Shown: positions 1 through 7,815 of the stretch, piece after piece
How positions within the stretch are numbered: position 1 is the first letter of the stretch
Layout: every line of letters starts with the position of its first letter
From: a virus
Lineage: Duplodnaviria > Caudoviricetes
DNA length: 38,666 bases
IMG/VR virus record: IMGVR_UViG_3300028588_000048
Span: 1-38,666 of that record
Reading direction: 5' to 3' (one strand)
Notes under the pieces: model-generated
Databases searched by the model: none
What the model saw: only the letters and a program-made list of their open reading frames with translations
What the model was told of the DNA's origin: nothing
Program-made: the position numbers and the translations under genes

Positions 1-156
1 CGTGTAATTGCCAGTGTTATCGGTCACAATGCCCGCACCGAAGGCAGGCGCAAAAACATCTGCGTACGAGCCATCAGCTAGACGCACCATGTTTCGCTTG
101 GAGTTTGACCCGATGCCAAAGCTAATCTTGGCTGGGCCTTCAGTGGAATCCGCCAT
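1..156 (-). CDS. Hypothetical protein, truncated by the left edge (MADSTEGPAKISFGIGSNSKRNMVRLADGSYADVFAPAFGAGIVTDNTGNYT...)
   Basis: Hand-translated. ATG at 156 preceded by GAAGGAAACAAC; frame stays open to base 1. Not in the ORF track. Confidence 0.7.
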   Translation of the reverse strand, partial: MADSTEGPAKISFGIGSNSKRNMVRLADGSYADVFAPAFGAGIVTDNTGNYT

Positions 157-223
157 GTTGTTTCCTTCAGTTGCGTTAGCGGGAGGGTATTGATAGTTTA
201 ACGAATTCCACTAGAGCACGATA

Positions 224-550
224 CTAATTTTCAATCGGCCAGCCGTCAGGGCCAATAGTTGGCTTTGGCGGGCGCTTGGTCTTGCCTTGCTCTTCTTCAG
301 TCTTGGTTTTGTGACATGATACGCAGAGCAGCCAGAGCTGATTCGGATGATCCTGCTGCGCTCGGGTCCATCCTAGCCGCTTAGTCTCTGCCTTCGGTAT
401 CTTGTGGTCAACGTCGCGCCCTGGTGTAATGAGGCCCTCTTTGAGGCACATTTGGCACAGCCCTTTGTCGCGCTCTATGACTACCTTGCGAACCCTGCTC
501 CAGGCTGCATCATATCCACGCGACTGCCTGCTAGATGTCCCCCATGGCAT
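224..550 (-). CDS. HNH endonuclease, packaging-associated (HK97 gp74-like)
   Basis: RGY..AW..VR...IERDKGLCQMC...VDHKIP...LCVSCH..KT and C-terminal IGPDGWP are typical of cos-phage HNH proteins. Start reassigned to ATG 550 behind GGAG. Confidence 0.85.
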   Translation of the reverse strand: MPWGTSSRQSRGYDAAWSRVRKVVIERDKGLCQMCLKEGLITPGRDVDHKIPKAETKRLGWTRAQQDHPNQLWLLCVSCHKTKTEEEQGKTKRPPKPTIGPDGWPIEN

Positions 551-561
551 ACGCTCACTCC

Positions 562-589
562 AAAAAAAATAGCCCGACAAGCGCCGGGC
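562..589 (-). terminator. Intrinsic terminator directly upstream of the late HNH gene
   Basis: Minus strand GCCCGGC-GCTT-GTCGGGC followed by TA and T8. Confidence 0.75.
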
Positions 590-640
590 CAAATCCAAAC
601 TAGGGAGAAAGAGTGATGAGGCTCTTCTGCACCTAGTATA
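562..640 (-). ncRNA. Candidate ~65-nt small RNA / late leader with an anti-Shine-Dalgarno tract
   Basis: -10-like TATACT (635-640), then CTCTTTCTCCCTAGTTT, then the terminator. The -35 match is weak. Confidence 0.4.
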
Positions 641-660
641 GCCCATGAATCAGCATATTG

Positions 661-825
661 CTACTCGCAGCGGCACATCGGAACGATCTTACCTTTGCCG
701 CCCCATTCTTCAAGCTCACGTTCGGCATTATCGCGGGTGAAGTGCAGCGCGAATGGCTTGCCGCTTTCTAGCTGAACCATGAAGCATTCTGGCATTGTCT
801 GCTGATCCTTCTTTTCGTTACACAT
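661..825 (-). CDS. Hypothetical protein
   Basis: ATG 825 behind GGAGAG; overlaps the stop of the upstream gene. Confidence 0.65.
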   Translation of the reverse strand: MCNEKKDQQTMPECFMVQLESGKPFALHFTRDNAERELEEWGGKGKIVPMCRCE

Positions 826-1087
826 TACTCTCTCCTTCCTGAGCGGCACGGATAGCTGCGCGCTCGGCGTTTTTGTTCACTGCCTCTACTGCCTTGTCCA
901 TAAGTTTCAACTGGCGCTGTTGCTCCTTATGGCAAATTGCAATGATGCGCTGGGGAGCGTTGCCGCTATATTTCGAAAGGGTTCCACCCTCCAGGATCGC
1001 AATGAGAGTGCCAAACACATGCAGATTCGTCTTTGCGCACATCGCTTCTTCGATGCGCTTTGTTGGAACTGGGTAATCGGCCATCAT
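818..1087 (-). CDS. Hypothetical protein
   Basis: Coupled (ATGA overlap) to the upstream gene; AGGAG SD. Confidence 0.7.
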   Translation of the reverse strand: MMADYPVPTKRIEEAMCAKTNLHVFGTLIAILEGGTLSKYSGNAPQRIIAICHKEQQRQLKLMDKAVEAVNKNAERAAIRAAQEGESNV

Positions 1088-1995
1088 GCGTCTCCTTTCA
1101 TCGCTTCCTGCTTGCCAGGGGCGCTCTCTTCACTCTGTGCACGCACAACCGGAGAGGCGGCGGCACGGCGCGCCCGCTCCATCCAGGCATCGCATGCGGC
1201 GACGCGCGCAGCTTCGACCAGTTCGGCCGGCTCGCTGTCGTCGCACGAAAGCGTCATGCAGAAGTAGTTCTCGAACTGCTTGAGCTCGTCGCCGGCTTCG
1301 TGCTGCGCCGCCTGAGAGGGAACGGCACCGGCGTACAGCGGGATGGTCTGGTCGTCGCGCCATTGCGAGCCGCGCACCGGCACGCCACCGACGCCCGACT
1401 GGATGTCGCGCAGCTCGGCCGCGCTGACCCGCGCCACCGGCTCGGCCTGCTCCTGCGCTGGTTGATGCGCTTCACGGGCAAACTCCAATGCCGCCTTCCA
1501 ACCTTGCCGCGCAGCGTTCGTACGCTCGTTCAAGAACAGCCAGTGCAGCGGGTGCGTCTGCATTTCGTACCTCTGCGCAGCGGCCCACCTCTCGAACGCC
1601 GCGATCTCTTGGGGTGAGCAGGCCGCCAGTGAATCCGCTGGCACTGTCGGCGCTGGCTGGTTGGCTTCGTGCTCGGCCTTGATAGCAGCAAACACGCCGA
1701 CGACGCCCTTGTGCATGGACTCGACTCGTTCCGCTGCGCGCACTTCCGCCGCCGATGCGCCGCGCTTGGCGAGTTTTTTGCTGTACGGCTCATCACCCGA
1801 AGCGAGCGGCGCTGGCTGGTTGGCGAGGGCGGAGGCAGCATCCTTGATCGAAATTTTGCCTTCAACTACAGCATCGATCAGTGTCTTATCACCACTCTCA
1901 GCAATGCGGCGGAGTTTTTCGGAAGTGGTTTCCAGGTGGTCGAGATTCAGTTCGCCGCTCTCGCTGGCGGATGGGGTGCTGGTGGTGTTCGTCAT
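1084..1995 (-). CDS. Mosaic multi-module hypothetical phage protein (Ea22/Ead-like style)
   Basis: 303 aa; short modules joined by A/P/Q linkers (ANQPAP twice, EPVA..., IPLYA); coupled to both neighbours. Confidence 0.7.
   Translation of the reverse strand: MTNTTSTPSASESGELNLDHLETTSEKLRRIAESGDKTLIDAVVEGKISIKDAASALANQPAPLASGDEPYSKKLAKRGASAAEVRAAERVESMHKGVVGVFAAIKAEHEANQPAPTVPADSLAACSPQEIAAFERWAAAQRYEMQTHPLHWLFLNERTNAARQGWKAALEFAREAHQPAQEQAEPVARVSAAELRDIQSGVGGVPVRGSQWRDDQTIPLYAGAVPSQAAQHEAGDELKQFENYFCMTLSCDDSEPAELVEAARVAACDAWMERARRAAASPVVRAQSEESAPGKQEAMKGDA
1648..1824. repeat. Exact 18-bp direct repeat CGGCGCTGGCTGGTTGGC (1648-1665 and 1807-1824)
   Basis: Read directly; encodes ANQPAP twice, 159 nt apart and in frame. 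Confidence 0.9.
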
Positions 1996-2402
1996 GCTGC
2001 TTTGTCCTCTGCGCCGCAGCGCTCGAAATAGAAGGTCACTGGCGCGCCGGTTTCGGTGATCAGTCCGTAGGCTTTGGCAAGCCGATAAATGGGGTGGTAC
2101 TGGTTTAGGGAGTTGACGTGGCCGGCGAGCCAGCCCCTCCAGGCCTCCAGCGGCATACTGTGCTTACTCAGGTTGCACGGCGCGCACGACGGCATGAAGT
2201 TGTCGACACGGTCGTTCTCCGGCTTCCAAGCCTCGCCGGTCTGGACGAGGCCCTTACCGCTCACGTAGGCGAGTTTCCGCTCGATGGCATCGAAGTGATC
2301 AGCGTGGAATCGCTCGCCTAACCCGCACCCGCAATAGGCGCACCGACCACCGAACTTCTCGCGCAGAGCCAAGCGCTGGGCCTTATTCAGTCGGAGCGCC
2401 AT
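1992..2402 (-). CDS. HNH endonuclease
   Basis: GRCAYCG...HADH...NFMPSCAPCNLSK: zinc-binding HNH signature. Confidence 0.85.
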   Translation of the reverse strand: MALRLNKAQRLALREKFGGRCAYCGCGLGERFHADHFDAIERKLAYVSGKGLVQTGEAWKPENDRVDNFMPSCAPCNLSKHSMPLEAWRGWLAGHVNSLNQYHPIYRLAKAYGLITETGAPVTFYFERCGAEDKAA

Positions 2403-3498
2403 CCGTCGCCCCTTTCTCGGTTCCCGCTGCTTCTTGTGGGGAGTGCAGGGATTCGCTGGCTGGCGATGGGGCGGTGCGATCTAGCCATTTCCATTCGACT
2501 CGGTAGTCATCGCCGCCCTTGTCTACCACTGAAATGTTCATGGTGCGCTTACTGGCTCGGATCGCACAGTCAACGTCCACAACCGCTTCTTCTCCGGGAT
2601 GCAAGCAATCAGCTGCATAGTCACTGGCGAATTCATCCGCGCCGTGCGCGAACCTTTCCGAGTCGTCGGTCTGCCAAAGCATGTCAGGTTCGTCCGGCAC
2701 CGCTACCTGACCGGCTTGTGCCGCGACTTCATCGGCTATGGCGCGAGCAAACTGCACGTCGAAATCAGCAGGCCGCTTGCCGTTGTGGTCGATGGTCTGG
2801 GCCAGCGTCTTTGCGTGAACCTGCTTGATCCGCTCATCCGTCAGCGCCACAGGCCCGGCCAGTGCCGCCCCTTCTCCGCTGGGGGAGATAGAGGGGGTGA
2901 ACTTGAGGGCGCGGATGGCATCGGCGCAGTAGTTCGCGCGCTCAGGACATTCAGGCAAGGACGCCTGCTCGTCACAAACCTTGGCCGCAGCTTCAAATGC
3001 CGCCTGCACCTGGCTTGCAACGTGCTGGTCGATGTGGGCGATGATGGCTTCTTTGACCCGAGCCGCGCTGACCCTGGTGCCAGCACCGCGATAATCGATC
3101 AGCAAGCCATTCAGCGCCGGCGTATCAATGCTTGGCACTGCCCCTACAGGTACAGAAGGGGCGGCGTCAAACAACGGGAAAAACTCATTGCAGCCATGCC
3201 CCGCGCGGCGCTCTGCCTCTTCCTTGGTAAAAGCAACGTCACCGCGTCCGTCAAGGTCAGTCGCCAGCCAAGCGGTGGGCTTCGGTTCGACTTCCGCCTT
3301 ATTGGCAACAGGACGAGCTGCGCGGTCGTATAGTTCTTTGATGTTCCGAACGCCGCTTTGTGGCTTGACAGGCTTACGGCTGAAGAATTCACTCCAGCCC
3401 TTGCCATCGGTTCCAGGCTGGACGCATTCGTAGACGTAGCCATATGGCAGCTCGCCTTCTTCTGCCGCCTTATTGACAGCGTATTTTTCTTTACTCAT
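2383..3498 (-). CDS. Mosaic hypothetical phage protein
   Basis: 371 aa; strong SD (AAGGGAGAAA); contains EAAAKVCD...CADAIRALK and PVALTDERI...FARAI modules common in phage early proteins. Confidence 0.7.
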   Translation of the reverse strand: MSKEKYAVNKAAEEGELPYGYVYECVQPGTDGKGWSEFFSRKPVKPQSGVRNIKELYDRAARPVANKAEVEPKPTAWLATDLDGRGDVAFTKEEAERRAGHGCNEFFPLFDAAPSVPVGAVPSIDTPALNGLLIDYRGAGTRVSAARVKEAIIAHIDQHVASQVQAAFEAAAKVCDEQASLPECPERANYCADAIRALKFTPSISPSGEGAALAGPVALTDERIKQVHAKTLAQTIDHNGKRPADFDVQFARAIADEVAAQAGQVAVPDEPDMLWQTDDSERFAHGADEFASDYAADCLHPGEEAVVDVDCAIRASKRTMNISVVDKGGDDYRVEWKWLDRTAPSPASESLHSPQEAAGTEKGATDGAPTE

Positions 3499-3518
3499 AA
3501 TTTCTCCCTTTAGCTTGA

Positions 3519-3770
3519 TTATTTAGCTGCTACTTTTTGCTTATTAATATGGTAGTACAGCGCAGAAAGCGAGATCCCCGCCTCACGCGCTGCTTCCGCC
3601 TTGGTATACGGGTTCCCCGAGGGGCTGCGTGGATGCGGAGTGGTCAAAAGCCGCTCTGCCTTCAACGTCCTTTGGTCAACTGGTCTAACCATTTCTGCCT
3701 CTCTTGTAATTGGAGACTTTAGTGTAGCACTGTTATTGGAAAGATCAAGCGTTATTTGAACTATGCCCAT
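3519..3770 (-). CDS. Small HTH DNA-binding protein
   Basis: C-terminal TKAEAAREAGISLSALYYHI helix-turn-helix. Confidence 0.7.
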   Translation of the reverse strand: MGIVQITLDLSNNSATLKSPITREAEMVRPVDQRTLKAERLLTTPHPRSPSGNPYTKAEAAREAGISLSALYYHINKQKVAAK

Positions 3771-3967
3771 GCACTCCGCATCATCTTCGTTACAACCTTG
3801 TCGATCAGCTGCCAGTCAGACTTATACGGGTAAAGCTGGCGGTAGGTCGGCCCGAAGCTAACCTCGTACTCCAGGCGTAGCTTCTCGTCCACTTGCGCGA
3901 ACAGGCTGCGGTACTCTTCTTCCTCGCGCTCTTGCGCAGCCAGGCGGCGGATGCTGGTGTCACACAT
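3761..3967 (-). CDS. Hypothetical protein
   Basis: Overlaps both neighbours; GGAG SD. Confidence 0.6.
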   Translation of the reverse strand: MCDTSIRRLAAQEREEEEYRSLFAQVDEKLRLEYEVSFGPTYRQLYPYKSDWQLIDKVVTKMMRSAWA

Positions 3968-4265
3968 GGGCCACTCCTTTCATAGCGCACTCTGCCATCA
4001 GTGCTGAGTAGGCAATCGCGTCTTCCAGACTGTCTTGGTGCGGCGCGGCTGTGTTGCTGAAAAAGCGGACCTGCTTAAGAATCAGCATGAACGCCCAGCC
4101 CTGTTCCTCTGTCATATCCTGCCCCGTGATCGCGTTGAAAGCCGCCACAGTCTTGCCCATCGAGCGCTCGCCGCCTGGCTTGTCGTACTGCTTGCCGCGC
4201 TCTTCCATAATAGTAGCGGCGCGGTGAAGGAATTCGGGTGCTGTGGTCATTGCTGTCTCTTTCAT
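3960..4265 (-). CDS. DUF6378-like phage protein
   Basis: AA.IM.ERGKQYD...ERSM...V.AFNAITG...GW.FM..LK.VR......H.DSLEDAIAY pattern. Confidence 0.7.
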   Translation of the reverse strand: MKETAMTTAPEFLHRAATIMEERGKQYDKPGGERSMGKTVAAFNAITGQDMTEEQGWAFMLILKQVRFFSNTAAPHQDSLEDAIAYSALMAECAMKGVAHV

Positions 4266-5209
4266 TGTTGGGAGGGAGTAAACAGGCGAACAGCTTGGTC
4301 GTAACCTTTCTTGCCGCCCTTGTCATTGATGCCGTAAGCAGCCGGCAGCTCATTTAAAGACTCTACGTACTGTTGCGAATCAAAGTCGAACCAGAACCCC
4401 AACTGACCCTCAAACTCCCCGTTACGCTGCTTCTCGCAAGCCAGGATGCACGTTGGGTCCGCGCTCTTCTCTTCCAGCGCCTTTTTGTTCTTCCAGACGA
4501 TGAAAACGTTGTCAACTTGGTCGGTAATCGCGCCGGCACCCTTGATATCGAACTTGCCTGGGGCCTTGTGTTCACTATCACCTTTCCGAACATGGTGCAC
4601 CAGATGCACATGAACGTTGTTGGCCTGAGCGAAGGCGCACAGCTCGTTCACAAAGTCCTTCTGAGTGTTGTAGTCGTCCTCGCCTTTCACGCACTTCATA
4701 AGACTGTCCAGAACGAACTGCGTGATACCGAAGTTCTTGACCGCATAACGCATGACCGCAATTAGCTTGCGCCACTCGACCGAGCCAACATGGTCATAAA
4801 TCCACAGGCGCTCATCAGTCCACTGGCTGAATAGCTCCAGCCATTCACGCGACGGAAGGCGGCTACCGCTGCCTTGGCGCGTCATGCGGTTCATTTGGCG
4901 TTCAGGCTTCATCTCGAACGAGGCAACCATGATCCGCTCTGCTTGGTAGCACAGGTCTAACGTCACCTGAGACAAGAACATAGACTTGCCGTGACCGTTG
5001 ACGCCAGCCCAAAGCGAAACTTCACCCGGACGAAATCCGATGCGATCCTTTGTCTTATCCCAAAGGGGGGTCGGGCAACGTGGTCCATGATTGGTGGCAT
5101 AGAACGAGTTGATCGTGTCAGCCAACCAATCAGAGGCAGGCTTAACCGCGTGATGTTCCTCGTCCTGCATATAGTCCGAGAAGTTGATGTTGTCAGGCAC
5201 TAATTGCAT
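4262..5209 (-). CDS. SF4 (DnaB/T7 gp4/Twinkle-like) replicative helicase, helicase domain only
   Basis: FRPGEVSLWAGVNGHGKS (Walker A), SFEM, FVLDSL (Walker B), HLVHHVRK, DIKGAGAITDQVDNV, EKQRNG. Confidence 0.9.
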   Translation of the reverse strand: MQLVPDNINFSDYMQDEEHHAVKPASDWLADTINSFYATNHGPRCPTPLWDKTKDRIGFRPGEVSLWAGVNGHGKSMFLSQVTLDLCYQAERIMVASFEMKPERQMNRMTRQGSGSRLPSREWLELFSQWTDERLWIYDHVGSVEWRKLIAVMRYAVKNFGITQFVLDSLMKCVKGEDDYNTQKDFVNELCAFAQANNVHVHLVHHVRKGDSEHKAPGKFDIKGAGAITDQVDNVFIVWKNKKALEEKSADPTCILACEKQRNGEFEGQLGFWFDFDSQQYVESLNELPAAYGINDKGGKKGYDQAVRLFTPSQQ

Positions 5210-5639
5210 ATGGAACTCCGTTCTGGTCCCGCACGTATTGGCGGCAATTCAAGAAATCATCGTTCTGGAAGTCCATCCACGGAAGGAAATCCAGGTCATA
5301 CAACCATTGGCGCACAGGCTTATGAACATCGCTCGCAGTAGGCACAAGGTAGATCGTCGCCCCCCAGCTGCCGGCGTCATTCCAGATGCCGAGATATCCG
5401 GGGCGCTGCTTGGCTATGTCCTTTGCCATCACGCCCCAATCGTCTTCGTCGTTGACAACGAGGCACACATCGAGGCCGCGAACCCAGCGCCAGTCGTAAG
5501 CAATCCCTTGGTCAGCTACTGCTGCTGGATTCCCGGTTCCGCGGGAATGGTTCACATGGATCATTACCATGTCGGCAGGACGGTATCCCTTGATGCGCGC
5601 TGCAACGATCTTTTCAGCACCAGTAGCGATCAGACCCAT
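5193..5639 (-). CDS. Hypothetical protein between initiator and helicase
   Basis: 148 aa, overlaps both neighbours; YDWRWVRGLDV motif. Confidence 0.7.
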   Translation of the reverse strand: MGLIATGAEKIVAARIKGYRPADMVMIHVNHSRGTGNPAAVADQGIAYDWRWVRGLDVCLVVNDEDDWGVMAKDIAKQRPGYLGIWNDAGSWGATIYLVPTASDVHKPVRQWLYDLDFLPWMDFQNDDFLNCRQYVRDQNGVPYAISA

Positions 5640-6316
5640 TTTTGTGTCTCCTGCGTTGGCGGGGCATGTGGTTTGCTTTGCTTCTCATCACGCACCCAGT
5701 TTTGCCAAGTACGAGTCCAATTAAGCTTGCGTCCCTTTGCCCCTGGTACTGATGTCCAATAGTTGTAAAACCGTTCTGCAACTTCCGAAGGTCGGAGGTC
5801 AGGGCGTTCTGTCTTGCAGAACGCTGTTTCCTCTGCACTTGGATGCCAGTCTTCAGGAAGACGGCTTCCTCGAACATCACTACCCTCTTTTGGTTTCTGG
5901 TTCTTGGTTCTTGGTTCTTGGTTAGTTGGAGTGCCGTTCAACGTTTGTTCAACAGCCGTTGGATTTCCGTTGATGGCCTGCTCTCTTTTCGCTGCCCGGG
6001 CAGCAGCGGATGCTTTACCAGCGGTGGATTTTTGACTAGTAGATTTTCTATAAGTCTCAATCTCTGCTTCGCAGCGGTCGTGATACCAGCCATGAGGAGT
6101 CAGGTGGAAAAACTCATTTAAGACGTTGCGTACTGCATCTTGCTCTTCCTCGGTGCTCGCCAAGATCTTCCTGCAAAGCTGTTTCTCTTCGGCTACTAGT
6201 TGTTCTTCTGTGTCGTAGTAGACATCAAGCAAGTCACGATAGACGCTACGTTCTATTCTGGTGAGATGTCTTGTTGCTCGGTCAAAGTCACCGATGTGAT
6301 GTGGGTAGTAATTCAT
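5630..6316 (-). CDS. Phage replication initiator, YdaU/DUF1376 family
   Basis: N-terminal MNYYPHHIGDF...T.HL..IE...YR.LLD.YY; C-terminal GSRLPEDW.P...F..YW......K.NW..TW.NW domain. Confidence 0.85.
   Translation of the reverse strand: MNYYPHHIGDFDRATRHLTRIERSVYRDLLDVYYDTEEQLVAEEKQLCRKILASTEEEQDAVRNVLNEFFHLTPHGWYHDRCEAEIETYRKSTSQKSTAGKASAAARAAKREQAINGNPTAVEQTLNGTPTNQEPRTKNQKPKEGSDVRGSRLPEDWHPSAEETAFCKTERPDLRPSEVAERFYNYWTSVPGAKGRKLNWTRTWQNWVRDEKQSKPHAPPTQETQKWV
5891..5972. repeat. Heptamer tandem repeat (TGGTTCT x3 plus variants) and GTTCAAC/CCGTTG repeats inside the initiator gene; candidate origin
   Basis: Repeats read directly. Origin role is by analogy to iterons inside lambda O. Confidence 0.5.
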
Positions 6317-6325
6317 AGAACCAGC

Positions 6326-6478
6326 CTAGTGGATCGTGTTCGTGCTGTTCAAGCGAGCGGTGTACACGTAAGCCAATCCTTCGCTGTTGAACTCAGTGAT
6401 GACATAAAAAGTCTCGTCATCGACCCAGTAACCAACAAGAAATCGTTCTTCGATTTCCATTACGTCAGCTTCTAACAT
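6326..6478 (-). CDS. 50-aa acidic hypothetical protein (MLEADVMEIEERFLVGYWVDDETFYVITEFNSEGLAYVYTARLNSTNTIH)
   Basis: Hand-translated; GGAG 5 nt before the ATG; fills the gap between the leader RNA and the initiator. Confidence 0.55.
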   Translation of the reverse strand: MLEADVMEIEERFLVGYWVDDETFYVITEFNSEGLAYVYTARLNSTNTIH

Positions 6479-6489
6479 GGAGACTCCAT

Positions 6490-6594
6490 AAAAAAAGCTT
6501 CACCTACGCACTCCGGTTTCCCGGTTGGCCGAACGGTTTCAGTAACCGCCAGTGCGTATGTGAAGCTTTACTGATTATAGCCGGCCAAGGCTAC
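6490..6594 (-). ncRNA. Structured leader RNA (c4/CI-antisense-like cloverleaf ending in a U-run) upstream of the replication genes
   Basis: Stem AAAGCTTCACATACGCACT / AGTGCGTAGGTGAAGCTTT, inner hairpins including CCGG-GAAA-CCGG, and unpaired CGGCCAA complementary to the upstream loop TTGGCCG. Confidence 0.65.
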
Positions 6595-6617
6595 GTCTAC
6601 ACAATGTAGACAAAGCA

Positions 6618-6646
6618 AGTCTAAGCGAACTGTACTACAGTTGCAA
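6618..6646 (-). promoter_or_regulatory. Sigma70-type promoter for the replication operon with palindromic operator-like sites
   Basis: TTGCAA-17 bp-TAGACT. Palindromes AACTGTA-C-TACAGTT (6628-6642) and GTCTACA-CAA-TGTAGAC (6595-6611). Confidence 0.65.
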
Positions 6647-6691
6647 GCGGTATTTTTACTGTGCGCAATTTGTCGCAGGAAAGCAGCAGGC

Positions 6692-6716
6692 AAAGAAAAA
6701 GCCCACCGTAGTGGGC
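6692..6716 (-). terminator. Intrinsic terminator
   Basis: GCCCAC-TACG-GTGGGC followed by TTTTTCTTT; a second hairpin lies at 6723-6744. Confidence 0.8.
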
Positions 6717-6744
6717 AGCAACCGATGCCGGATAAGCGGCATCG

Positions 6745-7155
6745 CTATGCTGGTTGGCACATCGCCTTCTCAGCCACGCAGCAAGCCTCGTTCAGCGCCG
6801 AGACTTCGACCAGCGGGAGCGCTCGCACATACCAGCCGATGGCAAGGCGTAGCGTGGCGTATTCCTTCGTGGTCAGGTCGAGCAGGTCAGTAGGACGAGC
6901 AGCTGCTTTGGCTAGTGCTGCGTAGCCAGCTGTCACGATGTCGTGGAACTTCTTCGACTTCGTGCGAGCTGCCAGGTACGAGGCGATGATAAGGTGCGTC
7001 GTCAGATGATTGCAGCCGGTAGCCGTGCACAGACCGCGCTTGGCGGCGTCGAACCATGCTAGGACAGGCAATGCGATCAGATCGGCATCCTCGTCGCCTA
7101 CGCGCTGCTTAAATGCCACCAGTGCTAGTGGGTTGATATTCAATTGCTTCGTCAT
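6745..7155 (-). CDS. Hypothetical helical phage protein
   Basis: 136 aa; GGGAG SD; last gene before the terminator. Confidence 0.7.
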   Translation of the reverse strand: MTKQLNINPLALVAFKQRVGDEDADLIALPVLAWFDAAKRGLCTATGCNHLTTHLIIASYLAARTKSKKFHDIVTAGYAALAKAAARPTDLLDLTTKEYATLRLAIGWYVRALPLVEVSALNEACCVAEKAMCQPA

Positions 7156-7366
7156 TTGCTGCTCCCATGTAGATTGACCAGTAAGCTACTATCTGCTTGG
7201 TCGTATAGTTGCGCTTCGTGCGCTTGTTGATTTGTCCGGTCAGAGCTAGCCGGCGTAGAGCCATGTACACGCCCTTTGCATTGCCGCCGATTACCTCTGA
7301 GACATCTTCCGTTGTGGCTTCTTCTGTCCACTGTAGATAGGCTAGAACCTTGTTCTCTATGTTCAT
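7109..7366 (-). CDS. Winged-HTH protein
   Basis: KVLAYL....EATTEDVSEVIGGNAKGVYMALRRLALTGQI pattern. Confidence 0.65.
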   Translation of the reverse strand: MNIENKVLAYLQWTEEATTEDVSEVIGGNAKGVYMALRRLALTGQINKRTKRNYTTKQIVAYWSIYMGAANDEAIEYQPTSTGGI

Positions 7367-7812
7367 TGGAACAACGCCGAGAAAGCATGTTGCGGATTGA
7401 TCTTAGTGCTTGCTATTAAATCGTCTGCCAAAGCTAACGCAACGTGATTCTTGTAGGAGTCTTGATAAACTTTGCCAGAGCGAGCTTTTTCTATGGCTTT
7501 TCGGACTCTCTTCCTGTGATTCTTGCTATATTTCGCAGAGGAAAGCGGAGGCAAAGGTTCTGCATCGATGCCTGGGCCAGCCACCCACACAGCAGCCGGC
7601 ACGCCCTTAGTTCGATTCCAGCGCCCGATGTGGGCTAGACCTTCTTCTTTTAGGAGTCTCATGTAACGGCAGGCGGCTGCTTTAACGACTCCCATCTCAT
7701 CGACAATATTCTGGATGGTCCCAGCGCCTCCGAGCTTCCTCAACGTCCAGTGCTTTGCTTCTGGCGGAGGAAGTAGCGCCAATGCTTCCATTCGCCGGTT
7801 AGGTGGCGGCAT
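7363..7812 (-). CDS. Winged-HTH-containing hypothetical protein
   Basis: TIQNIVDEMGV.K.AA.RYMRLLKEEGLAHIGRW......PAAVW.AGPG.DA..P motif. Confidence 0.65.
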   Translation of the reverse strand: MPPPNRRMEALALLPPPEAKHWTLRKLGGAGTIQNIVDEMGVVKAAACRYMRLLKEEGLAHIGRWNRTKGVPAAVWVAGPGIDAEPLPPLSSAKYSKNHRKRVRKAIEKARSGKVYQDSYKNHVALALADDLIASTKINPQHAFSALFQ

Positions 7813-7815
7813 TTT

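Noticed and set aside
1-30. Circular closure of the window (left-edge ORF would end ...GNYT-RPAKDRA* if joined to the right end)
   Set aside because: No terminal redundancy supports the join, and any junction would soon reach a stop codon; cannot be verified.
613-636. Plus-strand micro-ORF (M)MRLFCT behind AGGGAGAAAGAG
   Set aside because: Only 6-7 codons, opposite to local transcription, with no plus-strand promoter seen. Kept only as an alternative explanation of the SD-like tract.
6628-6642. LexA/SOS box in the replication promoter
   Set aside because: CTGT and ACAG are 3 bp apart, not the 8 bp of the canonical CTGT-N8-ACAG box. Retained only as a generic palindrome.
7109-7812. Assignment of a Q-like late antiterminator
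   Set aside because: These wHTH-like proteins show no Q-family motif I can recognise; the late regulator remains unidentified.
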